Below are positions 11,646 to 24,229 of a stretch of 64,000 nt of DNA, in pieces (position 1 is the stretch's first letter; every line of letters begins with the position of its first letter). Source of the DNA: Chara braunii (Eukaryota; Plantae; Charophyceae); the NCBI GenBank assembly GCA_003427395.1, contig BFEA01000023.1, positions 4,590,981 through 4,654,980 of the forward strand, written 5' to 3'. The notes below the pieces were generated by a model. That model did no database searches. It saw only the letters and a list, made by a program, of their open reading frames with translations, and had not been told where the DNA came from. A program made the translations under genes and the position numbers.

Positions 11646-14053
11646 TGTTGAGAGATGGTTAACAGGGTACCGAAGGTTGAAACCAAGAATGCCCATCAGA
11701 AAGATTGAGATGATTGGTACCACTTCTGTGTACTGCCCCTGGTTCGCAGTTTGGCCGGCGACCTACACATATAAGCCTTGCCAGTGTAAGGAACCAAAAT
11801 CAAGGGGATCACAACATCAATCCTATCGTTGCTTCTTAATCACAATATCAATCCTATCGGTGCATCTTAAAAAAATTAAAAAAAAAAAAGCAAAAAAAAA
11901 AAAGCACATTTTTCATGTACTAGCACATTTTCATCACGTTGAAAAAAAACATGCACGCATCTCACGATCCTCAATGACCGACAATTCATGAAGAGCCTGC
12001 AATAAAGGAAGAGAAGAATAACAGGAGTATAGTTCCGCAAAATATTCTTTGAAAACAATATCTTATCTCCCCTTCCTCCTTCTACCTCCTCCAAGCAGTC
12101 CAAGTTGCTACTTCGTCTTCTCGCAAACTCAAAACAATCTTGATACCTATCCTTCTTCTGATGATCATGCCGATTTGTCTCCCACAAGCAAATCGCCGTT
12201 TGTCTCCCACAAGCAAATCGCCGATCGGCAAACTGACTCGCCAATGTAATATCAATCTCGAACAGTTATACCACCAGCACCTCCACTGTTAACGCAGTGG
12301 CTGAATCAGTGCCGCCGCGCGTGTTCATATGCATTTGCATCAGAGCGTCCCCAGAGGGCGCCTAAGACCCCCTGGGGTACTGGTGGCTTAAACGACCAGT
12401 ACTAGGCCCAGCTATTGAAGCCGAGCCTGGATATGCCCTTCGCGCTGATTTTTGCCGAGCCTGCAGGGGGTGGGTACCGATATGCGACATTTGTTGCTGG
12501 GCACAGGTCCCCCTCTTTATGCTGGACCTAGGGCCAGCAGGCGGAACATGAAGAGGCCTTTGTTTTCTAGTTTCCACTTGTGTCCATGAAAATGGCCCGG
12601 GCAGACGTGCAGCCAGATCCACTCTGGAAAGCGCTCGCTAGCAGGTATTGGACGCTCCCTGTCTCTCACCCGGAGGCAACGCACAAACAGCCTAGGAGCT
12701 TCAACAACAACAAAAAAAACAACAAAAAAAAAACAAAGGGGATAAGAGATACATGATTGCCCTCGGATTCATCCACTGCTGCAGCCAAGTGCAGGCAGAT
12801 ACGTTCTGGAAAGTGCTACGTCCCACCGGAGCCCTGAAATTGAGAGGGCTGGCAGGGATTGAACGCTCCCTGTCTCTCACCGGGAGTCGAAGCACAAACA
12901 GCTGGAACATGGTCGCAATAGCAGTCGGATAGGAGTGTGGCCTATCCAGTGTGACACTGAGTGGCAGCGGCCTGACAGGTTCATTACGAAATGAATTTCT
13001 GGGTTGAAAAAACAGGAGACAGGCAAAAAAAACAAAAGAAACAGAGCCTGCCACCGGAAATCACAGCAGAGTGCTTCCCAGCCATGACATCACAAATGAT
13101 CTGATGATGGTGGTGGTCCCCACAACAGTGAGCAAAGGTACTGCCATTTGTTTTTCTCTGGAATCAAGTGGACTTCTGTCAGCAGTGATTATGACACCCA
13201 CCTCCATATATATACTCCGTGATTGAAGGAGGGCTCCACCCAATGAGATAATTGGACAACACCAAGTAAAACAGTGAACATCTTCTATGAAGTGGGCCTA
13301 TTGCCGACCCCACCCTCTTTTGGGGTTGGCCACACCCCCAACCGATTGAAAAGATTCTGGCGGGAAGCTTTCTTTGCACCGGCATGCCCAGTGTTAAGGA
13401 GAGGAGGAGGGGAACAAAGATCTCCTCTCTTTTTTGGGAAATACATGTAAAATACTGACCGTGGGATCACTCGCGAGTACTGGACGGCAGGATTTGGGTC
13501 ACACTCAACTGCCCCACAAACTCGTTTCTATCCTATCCCGTTGCTAGGGGTACCATGCTCCGGAGATACTTCTTCCAAGAAAAGAAGAAGAGAAGGAAGT
13601 ACCTATGGTACCAGTTCATATTTGGTTACCTGACGCTCATGTAGAAACACCCACCGCTGGATCTGTTATCGTAGCGGGAATTCTCTTTAAATTGGGAACT
13701 ATGAAAAAAACAAAGAAGAAAAGGGATACCAAGCTCTGACTGTTATTGCCCTCAGAATCATCGACACATTCTAGAAAGTGCCAACGTTACGGTGAAGTCC
13801 TGAAATCCAAATGGTTGGCGGGGACTCGTCAGAAACGAGTTTTCTTCCAGAAAAAAAGAGAAAAGAAAGAAAAACAGCACTGTTTCTTTTTTTCGCATGT
13901 CCGCGTTCCTTTTCTTTTCTCTTTTTCCCCTCATTGCCTTCAGCTTCGGCCCGTTTCCACATAGCACACCACCAGGACATCTTGCAGTCCGTTTGCCCCA
14001 TTTCTGTGGGCCCACGGGCTCCCTCCTCCGTCGCACTATCGGGCCTTCCCCAA

Positions 14054-14400
14054 TGCCGAAAACTGCGCCGCTGAGGTAGCGAAGGCAAAAGTTGCACAAG
14101 GGAAGTTGGAATTGAAGATAGAGGCGCTAAGCACTGCTCTTAACAACAAAAGCAAGGAGGTGGAGACGGAGAAAATGGAGAGAGAGAGGTTGGAGAAGGA
14201 AGCTAGTAAGTTGGAGGTAAAAATCAGCGAGCAGGGTAAGATAATTGAGTCTGAAAAGTGTGAGTGAGAGGAAACAAGAGAGTGAGAAATGGGAAAAGAG
14301 ATGTAAGGAGGTAGAAGAAGCGCTGAAGAAATCCAAGGTGGATGTCCAGGCAAGAGTCGAAACAGGAGACATTAAAGGGGTTGAGGACAAAGAGAAAAAA
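14054..14400 (+). pseudogene. Frameshifted coiled-coil coding remnant (possibly TE ORF1/Gag)
   Basis: AEVAKAKVAQGKLELKIEALSTALNNKSKEVETEKMERERLEKEASKLEVKI..., continuing after a frameshift as KQESEKWEKRCKEVEEALKK. Confidence 0.4.
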
Positions 14401-14446
14401 TCCCTCATCTTCCAGTTTTTTTTTTCTGTTTTTCGTTTCTTTTTCA

Positions 14447-14502
14447 GTTTCGGACCATTTCTTGATTTATGCATGTCATCTTTGCGCATGGTCCGGAAGG
14501 AC
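14447..14502 (-). pseudogene. U6: U6 snRNA-derived copy 1 (internally deleted, A-rich tail)
   Basis: Minus strand reads GTCCTTCCGGAC (U6 5' end) joined to CATGCGCAAAGATGACATGCATAAATCAAGAAATGGTCCGAAAC (U6 3' half), followed by an A-rich tail. Confidence 0.8.
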
Positions 14503-14639
14503 AGCGGTCGTTTTTTTTTTTGTTTGTTTGTTTGTTTTGTTTTGTTTTGTTTTACAACAAAAGACAGCCGGGAACCTGGCCCGGCGTTCCTTACAGTAGT
14601 TCCGCGATGATAATGGAGATTTTTTTTTTTTCGTTCTCT

Positions 14640-14837
14640 CGGGCCAATGGTCTCGATCAGAGCATACTCACACTAGGGAGTTTTCCTACTAAGCTCCGGA
14701 CGTGACTGCGGTCAGATTCATCCAGGTCTGCAATTTATTGAGGTCAGACACATTTCGGAAAATACTAGTGCGAGTATGCTCTCATCCTTGCGCATGGGCC
14801 ATTCTAATCTTCTCTGTATTGTTCCAACTTCAACGGA
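14640..14837 (-). pseudogene. U6: U6 snRNA-derived copy 2 (5'-truncated, interrupted by a MITE, poly-A tail)
   Basis: Minus strand reads TCCGTTGAAGTTGGAACAATACAGAGAAGATTAGAATGGCCCATGCGCAAGGATGA, then the MITE, then TCGAGACCATTGGCCCG and an A-run. Confidence 0.88.
14660..14781. mobile_element. Tourist-like (PIF/Harbinger) MITE inserted in U6 copy 2
   Basis: TIR GAGCATACTCACACTAG / CTAGTGCGAGTATGCTC, 3-bp TSD TCA (14657-14659, 14782-14784). Confidence 0.8.
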
Positions 14838-15309
14838 AATTTTAACTTGGTGAACAATTTTGGAGTGCTCCTTGGGCAAAGGTGGTTTGTCTTTTTCATC
14901 CTGTATGAGTGTCGCCCAACTTGATGCCCCCCCCCCCCCCCCCCCCCTCTCCGTGGGACCTTGCCTGGAGAGCCCACCCAGGCAAGCCGAAGCTGGCCGG
15001 CGAGACCCGGGTTGGTAGCCTGCTCCTCTAAGTCTATTTTTAGTATTTCTTTACGGAATACTAAACAACGACATATCTGTCTCATAATTCTCTGAGCAAT
15101 TGATTCGTTGGGCTTTGACAGATTGCCGAGACATTTGTACAAGACCAAAAGGCATCACCAAATTCTGATAACATCCATACTTAATCATCTACGTTCGCAG
15201 TGTTCTCTTCTCTTTTCATCTCCAAGGCCCAACTCTATTTAGTGGCAGCCAGACTCAAAGATCTATCTCGGAGAAGTCTGTCGCTGCCTCACAGATCCTG
15301 CATCCGACA

Positions 15310-15760
15310 GTGGGTTGGTTACATTTGATTCGGTTGAGTTGGGTTGCGTGGTGTTGGATTGCACTGGTCAGTTTCATGTGTCCGCCGTTGGGTTGGGTTG
15401 GGTTGGGTTGGGCTAAGTTGGGTTGGGTTAAGTTGGGTTTGGTTAAGTTGGGTTGGGTGGTGTTAAATTGTGGTGGCCCAGTTCAATGTGTCCGGCGTCG
15501 GGTTGCATTGGGCTGTCCATTGGCTTGGGTTGGGTGGTGTTGGCTTGGGTTGGGCGGTGTTGAATTATGCTGGTCAATTTTGTGTGTTCGATGATGGGTT
15601 CGGATGCGTTGGATATGGGTTGGGTTGGGTTCAATTGCACAGGTCTGTTTTTATTAACCGTTCACGTTGGGTTGGGATACATTGGATTTGATTTGGGTTG
15701 GGTTGGGTTGGGTTGGGTTGGGTCGGGTTGGGTTGGGTTGGGTTGGGTTGGGTGGTGTTG
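15310..15760. repeat. Degenerate (GGGTT)n simple-repeat region
   Basis: Runs of GGGTT, with TAAGTTGGGTT variants. Confidence 0.9.
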
Positions 15761-17164
15761 AATTGCGCGGGTGCAATGAGCGCTTCGCACCGCCAAAATG
15801 CACTCAATCCCACAGCCATATGCCTGCCCCAACAGAAAGCAAGGGTTGAGCATATGTCGATCGAACTAAAAGCACTTTCAGAACTTCCCATTTGGGGATA
15901 TGCCCGACGGGTCTACCATACACCTGTCGACTCCCATTAAACCACCAGTACTTCCTAAAGTCGTGCCCGTTAACGCTACGTGATTTTAGGAAACGTACGG
16001 GCCACTACAGGAGCGCCCACATTCATCCAACCAGAAACGTTTGTACTCTATTTTTTTTCGGTGGTTTAAGCTTTTCAGCACTTCCAAACTATTGTGCAAT
16101 AATCTCATTCATCGAACGCGGAAGTTGGAAACAGTCCAAGAAGGGCTTGCAAAGGGTGAAGAGCAGCATCTGCACAACAAAGAACCGTTTGCCCATGCAG
16201 ACGCGGCAGGCACTTTCGTTCCAACAATTCCATAAAAGCATGTTGAGTAGACCAAATCAAAATAAGGAATAAAATAGTAAATACCCCTCCTCCTCCAGTC
16301 TAGCTCGCAGCGACACTCCTCTATATTCCGACAACCTCCTGGGCTGCGTCTTCTCACAAAGTGACAAGGAGGAGGAGGAGGGAAAGGGGAACCCTTGGAT
16401 GGGGAGGGGGGGGGAGAGGGGGGGGGAACAGGCGGGGGAGTGCGTCAGCGGTCTTCGCACTATGAATCTAGTCAACACGGGACAAGTCCTTGCACGAATA
16501 TGCCCTTACAGCTGAAAAAAACAACACGAGAGCAGACGATATGGAGAACACAATTTCCGCAAAACAGTTCACTGAATTGTTTTAAAAATCATCTTACCAA
16601 ACACCACATCCAGGGAGGGAAAAAAAAAAAAAATTCAGAAATACATCGGATCGGATCGAATCAAATCGAATCGAATCGAATCGAATCAGATATCAAACGA
16701 GTAAAGCTGTCAAAATTTTGTCGGCTCAACTCCACTGAGAGTGCCACAACGTAACCCGCCCGGCGCCCACCCTCTACGCCCTCCATGAGCCCTTAGCGCC
16801 ATCATAATCAATTGCCCTGACACTCGCCTCCCCCTCCTTGCTGGCTAATTTCCCTGCAATAAACACCAGTGTGATACAGAAGAAGGGCTGTACATGAGCA
16901 AATAGCTACACACCAGCGAGTAAGTCCGAGAAAAAAGAAAAATCATTGGCCAATTTTTTTTAATCTTAATTATTGCAGCACACAAACAACTCCCCCAATC
17001 CCCGCCGGAGCCAGGCCTAGACTAAAACTTTGTCAATTCCCTCTAGTACCCTTGACATTACTCTAAAAACGGAGACGTCAACAGGAATAACAACCCATAA
17101 TTGCATTATTACAACAGTGATTTAAAGCCCCTTTCAAGCAGAAATTCTAACTGACATCATAGGC

Positions 17165-17273
17165 TACCTTCTTCCCCCGGATACAATCTACCGTCATTAT
17201 AGCTGTATTTAGTCTGAAAGACACCCAAAATACAGCTATAATGACCGCACTTTGTATTCGGGGGAAGAAAGTA
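17165..17273. mobile_element. Pogo/Tc1-like hairpin MITE (TA-CCGTCTTCNCCCGAATA family)
   Basis: TACCTTCTTCCCCCGGATACA...TGTATTCGGGGGAAGAAAGTA, with internal GTCATTATAGC/GCTATAATGAC inverted repeats. Confidence 0.75.
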
Positions 17274-19400
17274 GTTCTAACCCTCCTAATAATGCCACCA
17301 CCCCCTGTCAAGCACGAACCATTCCTCCCAAATACACATGCACATGGATGTGTCTACCTTATCCGAGAGGCTAATGCTTGGAACCCCGATAAGGAGATCC
17401 AACCCCGATCTCCTTCTCTGAGAGGCTAATGCTTGGAACCTAACAAAACACAGCAGTGCCAGAAATCATAAGGAGATCCAACCCCGATAAGGAGATCCAA
17501 CCCGGATAATCTGTCCGGGTTGCACTTGACTGTTGTTAGATAAGGACTCACCTTGTCAGCCCCAGTTCAAAAGATACCCCTGAGAAAAGGGGTCGACTTT
17601 ACTCACACCAAGCCTGCAATCCTAGGCCTACCGGACCGTCTGTCCAAGCCCCTGAAAAGAATGGCAGTAAGTCTACGAAACGAATCTGTCACCCCCATAA
17701 AATGATAAAAGCTGATAAAAAGTATTAAAACCCCACTCTGTGTCTTGAACAGTTTGCCACCACAACAGGCCTTGTTTCACCCAGATACGAGTAGATCCAA
17801 AATCCAAGCAGATTCAACTCTATTGCAGGCAATTAAGTTAAGCAAACACTAAAAGTGACGAAATGTGTGTGGGTGTGTGTGAACATAAACTCTCTTTTTG
17901 ACAAACAAAGCCTATTAAAGCTGAAGCCGGATCAAATTTCAATCGATGCGTGTGTGTTTTAAATTTCAAAATTGAGTGTGTTTTAGAGTTTTCACCACAA
18001 CAAGGCCCTGTTCCACCCACATGAGTAGACCCAAAATCGACGCAGCTTGTGTGTGTTGTAAAGAACACCAAACTTTCTCTCTCTCTCTCCCCATCGACAA
18101 GCCATCATCACAAACCATCCATAAAACAAAAGAACTATAAACGGGCTATATAATAGAGCATGCAATGTTCCCCACGTTTGTGTGGTGGTTGAGCAGGAAC
18201 TGCCCAAACACCCGTCTGCCGCAGAAGCGGCACACTTGCACAGATATATCTATGTATATATGTACTATTATACATACATATATATAGTCAAACAGAGCTG
18301 CCAACGGTAAACCGTAGTAGGCAGAGAGGGAGAAGAGGACAACAAACGAGGGGCTGTGGCAAACTGTTTCATCGGAGTTTCACCGACTCATCCGGAGGCT
18401 GAACTCATATATATATATATTATAAAAAAGGTAGAGGGAAGTGCCAAGTGCCCACTCCGGAGACAACTCCAGCCTGCTCTGCAAAATCACATACCAGACA
18501 CAGACCCACAGACCCAAACATTCGGGCATAATACATTGATGGCGGACACAAGGCAACACGCTTAACAATCACATTACAGGGACCACAAAAAATAAGTGCA
18601 CTGCAACGCAGAAGGCATTACCAACAAGAAAGCACCGACCAGAACCTCCAATGGTCCGAAAGAATTGAAAGAGCCCTCTCTGAGTCGGCCCACAAAGCGG
18701 CAAAACCCTCTCCGGGTCGGGTTCTTCATTCAGAAGCAGTTTTACGCCTTGCCTTCGATCCTCTTCTCTAAGGGACTGCTCACATTCGCTATGACACAAA
18801 TGCTTGTCACTGTCCTTCCTCCTCACACTCATCGGCATCCGTACATGCTTGTCATCGTCCTCCTCACACTCATCGACATCGGTCCCATGTCTTTTGCAAA
18901 TTGGATTTGAATGATTCATAGGTCTTTGGGGAGTGGGGGGTGATAAGTCTCTACCCCGATCCCAAGGGCTTTGTATACAGTGTCTTGCAGATACGTATCC
19001 TTTTATACTCACGCAAGTCTTCTCCTATACTAAGGAATAGTAGGCCTGCATTTTTGCAGAGTCTGAGACTTCACAGTGTGAAAGGAAAAAGCCCCAGATG
19101 CCACACGTACCTTGTCCGCAAGACAACTATCGACTGTTCCTCCAATTTCTAACAATTTCACGACGTCACGAAGACGCTCCATTCACAACGGCACCGCCAG
19201 CAACGCTCACACTCCCCTTCACACCATCTGCCACTTCCTTCGCTGTGACATCCTGCGACCGAAAAAGTTTCACATAAAACAAGTCGATCACTTGCTCGTC
19301 AACGTCAACTGCTAGTCCTGTGTCTGCACACCACCTCCCTTTCCACATCGCACCCCGCAAATACTTCCATGACAAGCTCTCTCAAGACTCATCTGTACAC

Positions 19401-19660
19401 TTCCGTCTTCACCCGAATAGAACGCCCCGTCATTATTGCTGCATTTGGGGCAACTTTCAGTCCACAATGCAGTGATAATGACCAGGCGTGCTATTCGGGT
19501 GAAGACGTTGGCAAGATTGCCATACTGTACAGCGTACACAGAGAGAATATCACATCATCTTCAACTACTACCGTCTTTACACTAATAGAAGACCCGGTCA
19601 TTATAGACGTGTTTGGTGCAATTTAGTTTAGATACGGCAACGATGACCAGGCCTTCTATT
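19401..19660. mobile_element. Two adjacent copies of the pogo/Tc1-like hairpin MITE
   Basis: CCGTCTTCACCCGAATAGAACG...TATTCGGGTGAAGACG (19403-19507) and a partial copy from 19569. Confidence 0.75.
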
Positions 19661-19874
19661 CTGAACACATGCAGGATAAGAAAAAAATATCAAAATGATC
19701 ACAGCCAGCAACCACCCAAAACATAACACGGCACGGCAATCCCTCCCCTCCCACCAACGTCAAGAGAAATCACCGACCAAGGAGTAAGTGCTTCTATAAA
19801 ATCAACAACCCTCCCTTCCTACCACAACGCCTTCATTAGGTAACACTTGTCATTTCCACTTCAGAACGGGTCCG

Positions 19875-20105
19875 AAAGTACCAGTTCCAGTTCCAGTTCC
19901 AGTTCCACCAGTTCCAGTTCCACCAATTCCAGTTCCACCAGTTCCAGTTTCAGTTCCAGTTTCAGTTCCAGTTCCACCAGTTCAGTTCCACCAATTCCAG
20001 TTCCACCAGTTCCACTTCCAGTTCCACCAGTTCCAGTTCCAGTTCCACCAGTTCCAGTTCCAGTACCAGCACCAGTACCAGTACCAGTACCAGTACCAGT
20101 TCCAC
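19875..20105. repeat. (CCAGTT)n/(CCAGTA)n hexamer microsatellite
   Basis: Directly visible. Confidence 0.95.
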
Positions 20106-21422
20106 TGGCATTATCCTTTGCCCTCGGAAGTCTCTCTCTCCTCGGCAAGCACATCTTCTGCCATAGCCAGAGAGTGGAGAAGCACTTCGGAGACCCTTAT
20201 AGCACAACGCTTGCTCGATTACTGTCTTCCCACGAATAGTACGCTGTCCCGGTGTCTGGACCGAAAGTTGCCCCAAATCCTGGCATGATGACCACTTCCT
20301 ATTCGGGGGTGAGGTGATGAACATAAGAATAAAGAGACCCTAACAAACATCTTGCCCGCTTTCTGGAACCCCGCAAACGAAGCTGGCCGCTGCAGCTTTT
20401 TCTAAGGAAGCCCGACCCACTGGCACCGCATAGGTGTTTTCCAGCGATAGCAAGCAGCAGCATGCTACTTTTTCTCTTGGCATCAACTGGGGCCTCAATG
20501 GTACTTTACTGAAAAGTGTTCGCGTACTTCAGGACCACAGTTTTCTTTTTTTCTTAAACCACCACGACCTCCAAGCCTCTTTTTGCCAAGGTGGAGTCGA
20601 CGTGCATGCCAACTAGGGGCCGAATCGCCAGCGCGGCATTTTTTTCATTTGGCTGGCGGTGCCGTCATCCAAAAGCCCCCGGTCTGGTAGGGCCCACCCT
20701 CCACCGGCCTCCGAGGAATGCACCCAGCCTGAAAGGTAGTGCTGGTTTTACGCTTTTAGCCACCAATTCGAACAAGCCTAAGTTGACGAAGCACTACCTC
20801 CCGAGCCTCGTGCACCTGCTACAGCGCCCTTTTCAAAGTGGCCTGCCACTTTTGCTCCTCCCCCAGGCCTGAATCGAAATGCTCCGACTGGGTATATACC
20901 GGTAAGCGCACCTACCCCCGTTTGTGTGAACTGGTGATTTAAACAGGTCCTTAGGGTCCTGACTCATTGTCCATTCCCGGGAGCATCACTCGGGTTTCAT
21001 TTGATAGGCAAGTTGAAACTTCAGTACACGAGTACAAGATACGACCCACACAACCCTTCCTTCGGTCCCACCTGAAGGGACGGAAGGACCCCTAACCAGC
21101 ACCGATTACTTTGGGAGCAGAGTTCAATTGATACATTTGGCATTTTTGCATATGAAGGGATGTTTGGCCCGGCAATGTTGTGCGAGTCCATGCTTTCCTG
21201 ATTAGTCTGTGAAATTCTGGATGATATTTTTCCTGTCCCCCACCTGAACACCTGTGTTGAAGCATGCTTACCCGGTACCTATACCCCGGACAAATCCAGA
21301 CAGTCAGGAACCAGAGTATCTATATACCATCCGCATGCCAGCAGACGAGTTGGGGGGGGGGGGGGGGGGGGAGGGACCATAAAGTCGAACGACGAGAAGA
21401 AGGCCGGCACAATCGGACTTAC

Positions 21423-21638
21423 CTGTGGTGTCGTGGACGGTTTTGGCTTGCTGGATTTCTTGGGTGGTGGTCTTACAAATGGCAGGAAAGTAATTCCACC
21501 CATGTACGGCTGAAGGCACTCAGGAATGTTCACACCTTCGGAAGTCTGATACGTCTCCAAGATGCAGCAGAGTGTTCGCTCTGTTGCCGTCAACGTGCTG
21601 TTCAGCAAGTGCACATATTGTTTTGTCTGCTCATTGCT
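21423..21638 (-). CDS. SerRS: Seryl-tRNA synthetase (cytosolic) exon with motif 3 and C-terminus
   Basis: ttcag|SNEQTKQYVHLLNSTLTATERTLCCILETYQTSEGVNIPECLQPYMGG...STTPQ|gtaagt; 216 nt, phase 0. Confidence 0.95.
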
Positions 21639-22475
21639 CTGAATCACAAGCAAACAAGAAGCACAGCATGAGAATTAGAAGGATCCGAAAGAGCATGCAC
21701 ACAAAACATACCCCGCCCCGCCGCTACATGCCCCGCTCCGCCGCTGACTCACCCGTGCTCACCCTCCTACTTTGCACAGTTCTGCTACCCGCTTCGCTTG
21801 TTCCCTCAGCAGTGGAGTGTTCTCTTTGACAGAAACTCTACAACACTCATCATAAAAAAACGCTCTCTTATGAAACGCATCCATCTGCCAGGAAAGAGAG
21901 GGAGCAACGGAGGGCAAAAGGGAGAAGAGGAACTTTAGGTGGGGAAAAGGGAGAACGAGAGGGAGGGACAGGGAGAGTCCGGGAGGACAGGAGGAGAGGA
22001 GTGACACGGAAATTGGGAGAGAGAGTTCAGGTGGGGGAAAGAGAGAATGAGAGGGAGGGACAGGGAGAGTGTGAGAGGACAGGAGGAGAGAAGTGACAGC
22101 GAGGCGTGGAGAGAGAGGATAGAGAGAGGCAGAAGAAGGGGGGAGAGGGAGAAGGTAATCCAGAGAAAAAGAGAGACAAGAGATCCACTGCCCTTCAAAG
22201 CCAGAGATCGAACACAAGCATTACGTGCCATGCACGCTCCATCCAAAGAGATTTCTGGCAAAATATGCCACCAGCCATAATGCGACCAATTGGCTTCGCT
22301 TTGCTCCACTACTCGCCCCACATGCACAATAGATACCAAAATATGGCGGTGTGCATTTCAAGACTTCTAGTGGGAGATTCCAAAATATGGCGGTGTGCAT
22401 TTCAAGACTTCTCGCGGGAGATTCATTCTTATTTTGCACATTTGGTGAGTAGCGGAGCGCGGCCCAATGCCTCAC

Positions 22476-22655
22476 CTTCTTCGTGCCATATCTGATTTCA
22501 AGTCGACGTGACTGATAATCTGTACAGTTTGAGCAGGACACAAGCTCCCGATAGGTCTTCGAAGCTGGGAACCAGGCTTCCAGGTCGTACTTCTTCGCAG
22601 CGGCATTATTCAGTGCACCGGAGACTATCACCACCACACGGTAGGGGAGTCCTAG
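22476..22655 (-). CDS. SerRS: Seryl-tRNA synthetase exon
   Basis: tgcag|[60 protein letters not shown]|gtgag; 180 nt. Confidence 0.97.
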
Positions 22656-23342
22656 CTGCACCAAGAACGGCAGGCAATATGGGCCAGCACATGGACTGGG
22701 TCAGCTCAGCTCACCGCATGTGAATAAAACATGCGCAACAATGACGACTCAGGGGACTCGCAATTTGCAACACCTGATCACAGTCACTCACTCAAACACG
22801 ACAAACCGGGGACACACAAATGATAAATTAAATAAGGAGCATCTTAATGCCAGGCTCAGACACGACAACCATCTCTACACTGTATCCAGACTGTCTCTCA
22901 GGATCCCCAGATTCAACGCTCCCTTTTTTGTTGAAAAGTTGTATAGTAGCTGGAATAATCTGTTTATCAACAGCTTCATCAACAGCTTCAGTTGCAGCAA
23001 AAAACCTAAAATGGGTAGGGATCGGACCGTCGGAGGTAAGTCTCTGCTCTTCGAACCGTACGTGACAGTCTCCCAGGCGACTATACAAACCGCCTGATGG
23101 CTAATTCTATAAACTAAAAAAGAGATTGCATTTTTTATTTATATATCTTTCTTAGAAGAAGTTGTACACATGTGTGTAGCACTGTGTACCATGCAGCCAT
23201 GAGGGTGATGATTACCTCTGCTCGATTGTTTTTTTTTTTTCTTTTTTTTTCCTTTTTCTTCCGTCTTCTTCCATACTACAGGTGACGTTTTCTCTTTTTT
23301 TTTCTAAATCAATTGGAATTTTGAAGCAGTCGATTTCCTTAC

Positions 23343-23526
23343 CAGCTGATAGAAGTCTTCTGAATTCTTCAGCATCTCCTCGTGCATGTCCCACGAGTCC
23401 GCACCGTTGGGACCAGTTAGACAAAACTGCTCCACTTTCTCAAACTGGTGGACACGGAAAATGCCAAGTGTGTCCTTCCCATGACTTCCAGCTTCCTTTC
23501 GGAAGCAGGAAGAGTACCCTGCATAC
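23343..23526 (-). CDS. SerRS: Seryl-tRNA synthetase exon with motif 2
   Basis: ggcag|(R)[34 protein letters not shown]...NSEDFYQL|gtaagg; 184 nt, phases match the neighbouring exons. Confidence 0.97.
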
Positions 23527-24229
23527 CTGCCAAAACCAGAAGAGACTCAGATTGTCAAGCTGGTGGCCTTAGGCCTTAGCCCGCAAAATGACGTTTGTGA
23601 AAATGTACAAACAAAGCAGACAACAGAGACATGAGAATACCAACCATGCATATCAACTATACAGCACGCATGGCGCATGGCACCATCGCACACGGCGCAC
23701 GTCCAAAAAGTAGGGGTAGGCAGAATAAAAAAAAGTCGGGGGNNNNNNNNNNNNNNNNNNNNNNNNNNNNNNNNNNNNNNNNNNNNNNNNNNNNNNNNNN
23801 NNAGGGGTGGTGGAAGGTCCAGCCCAGGGCCCGAAAAAAATAAGAAACCGGTGGCGGAATTTCTTTTTGGGGCCGAGCCAATGCCCGAAAAAGTTTTTGG
23901 AGGGGAATCTCCAACTTCAAACTCCCACTTCGAATTTGAAGTTCGACGTTCCCCGGCAGGTACTCGGAGTCCGCCCACGTCCAGCCGAACCCCCCCGGCA
24001 CTGCCAAACGCAGCCACCTTTCACCATTGCAGGCTTCGACCGTCGTCACCATCTTCGCACCCGTCTTCGAGTTTGCCCTGACCATCTTCCCCGTCGTAGT
24101 GTTTTGGCAACAGGCAGCGACATTGACCAGGGACAGGCAGAGGCAGCAGCTGCAGAGGCAGGCAGCGATAGTGGGCAGCAGGAGCGGCAGGAGGTAGCAG
24201 GGGGAGCGTGTGTGGACATCAGGTGGGTG

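Noticed and set aside
14480-14800. Dada-type DNA transposon inserted in U6 (duplicated GCGCAA around an insertion)
   Set aside because: The duplication is explained by two separate U6 copies, each with its own 3' end and A tail. The insert is a TIR MITE with a 3-bp TSD, and no transposase is present.
15310-15760. Interstitial telomere
   Set aside because: The unit is GGGTT, not TTTAGGG or TTAGGG.
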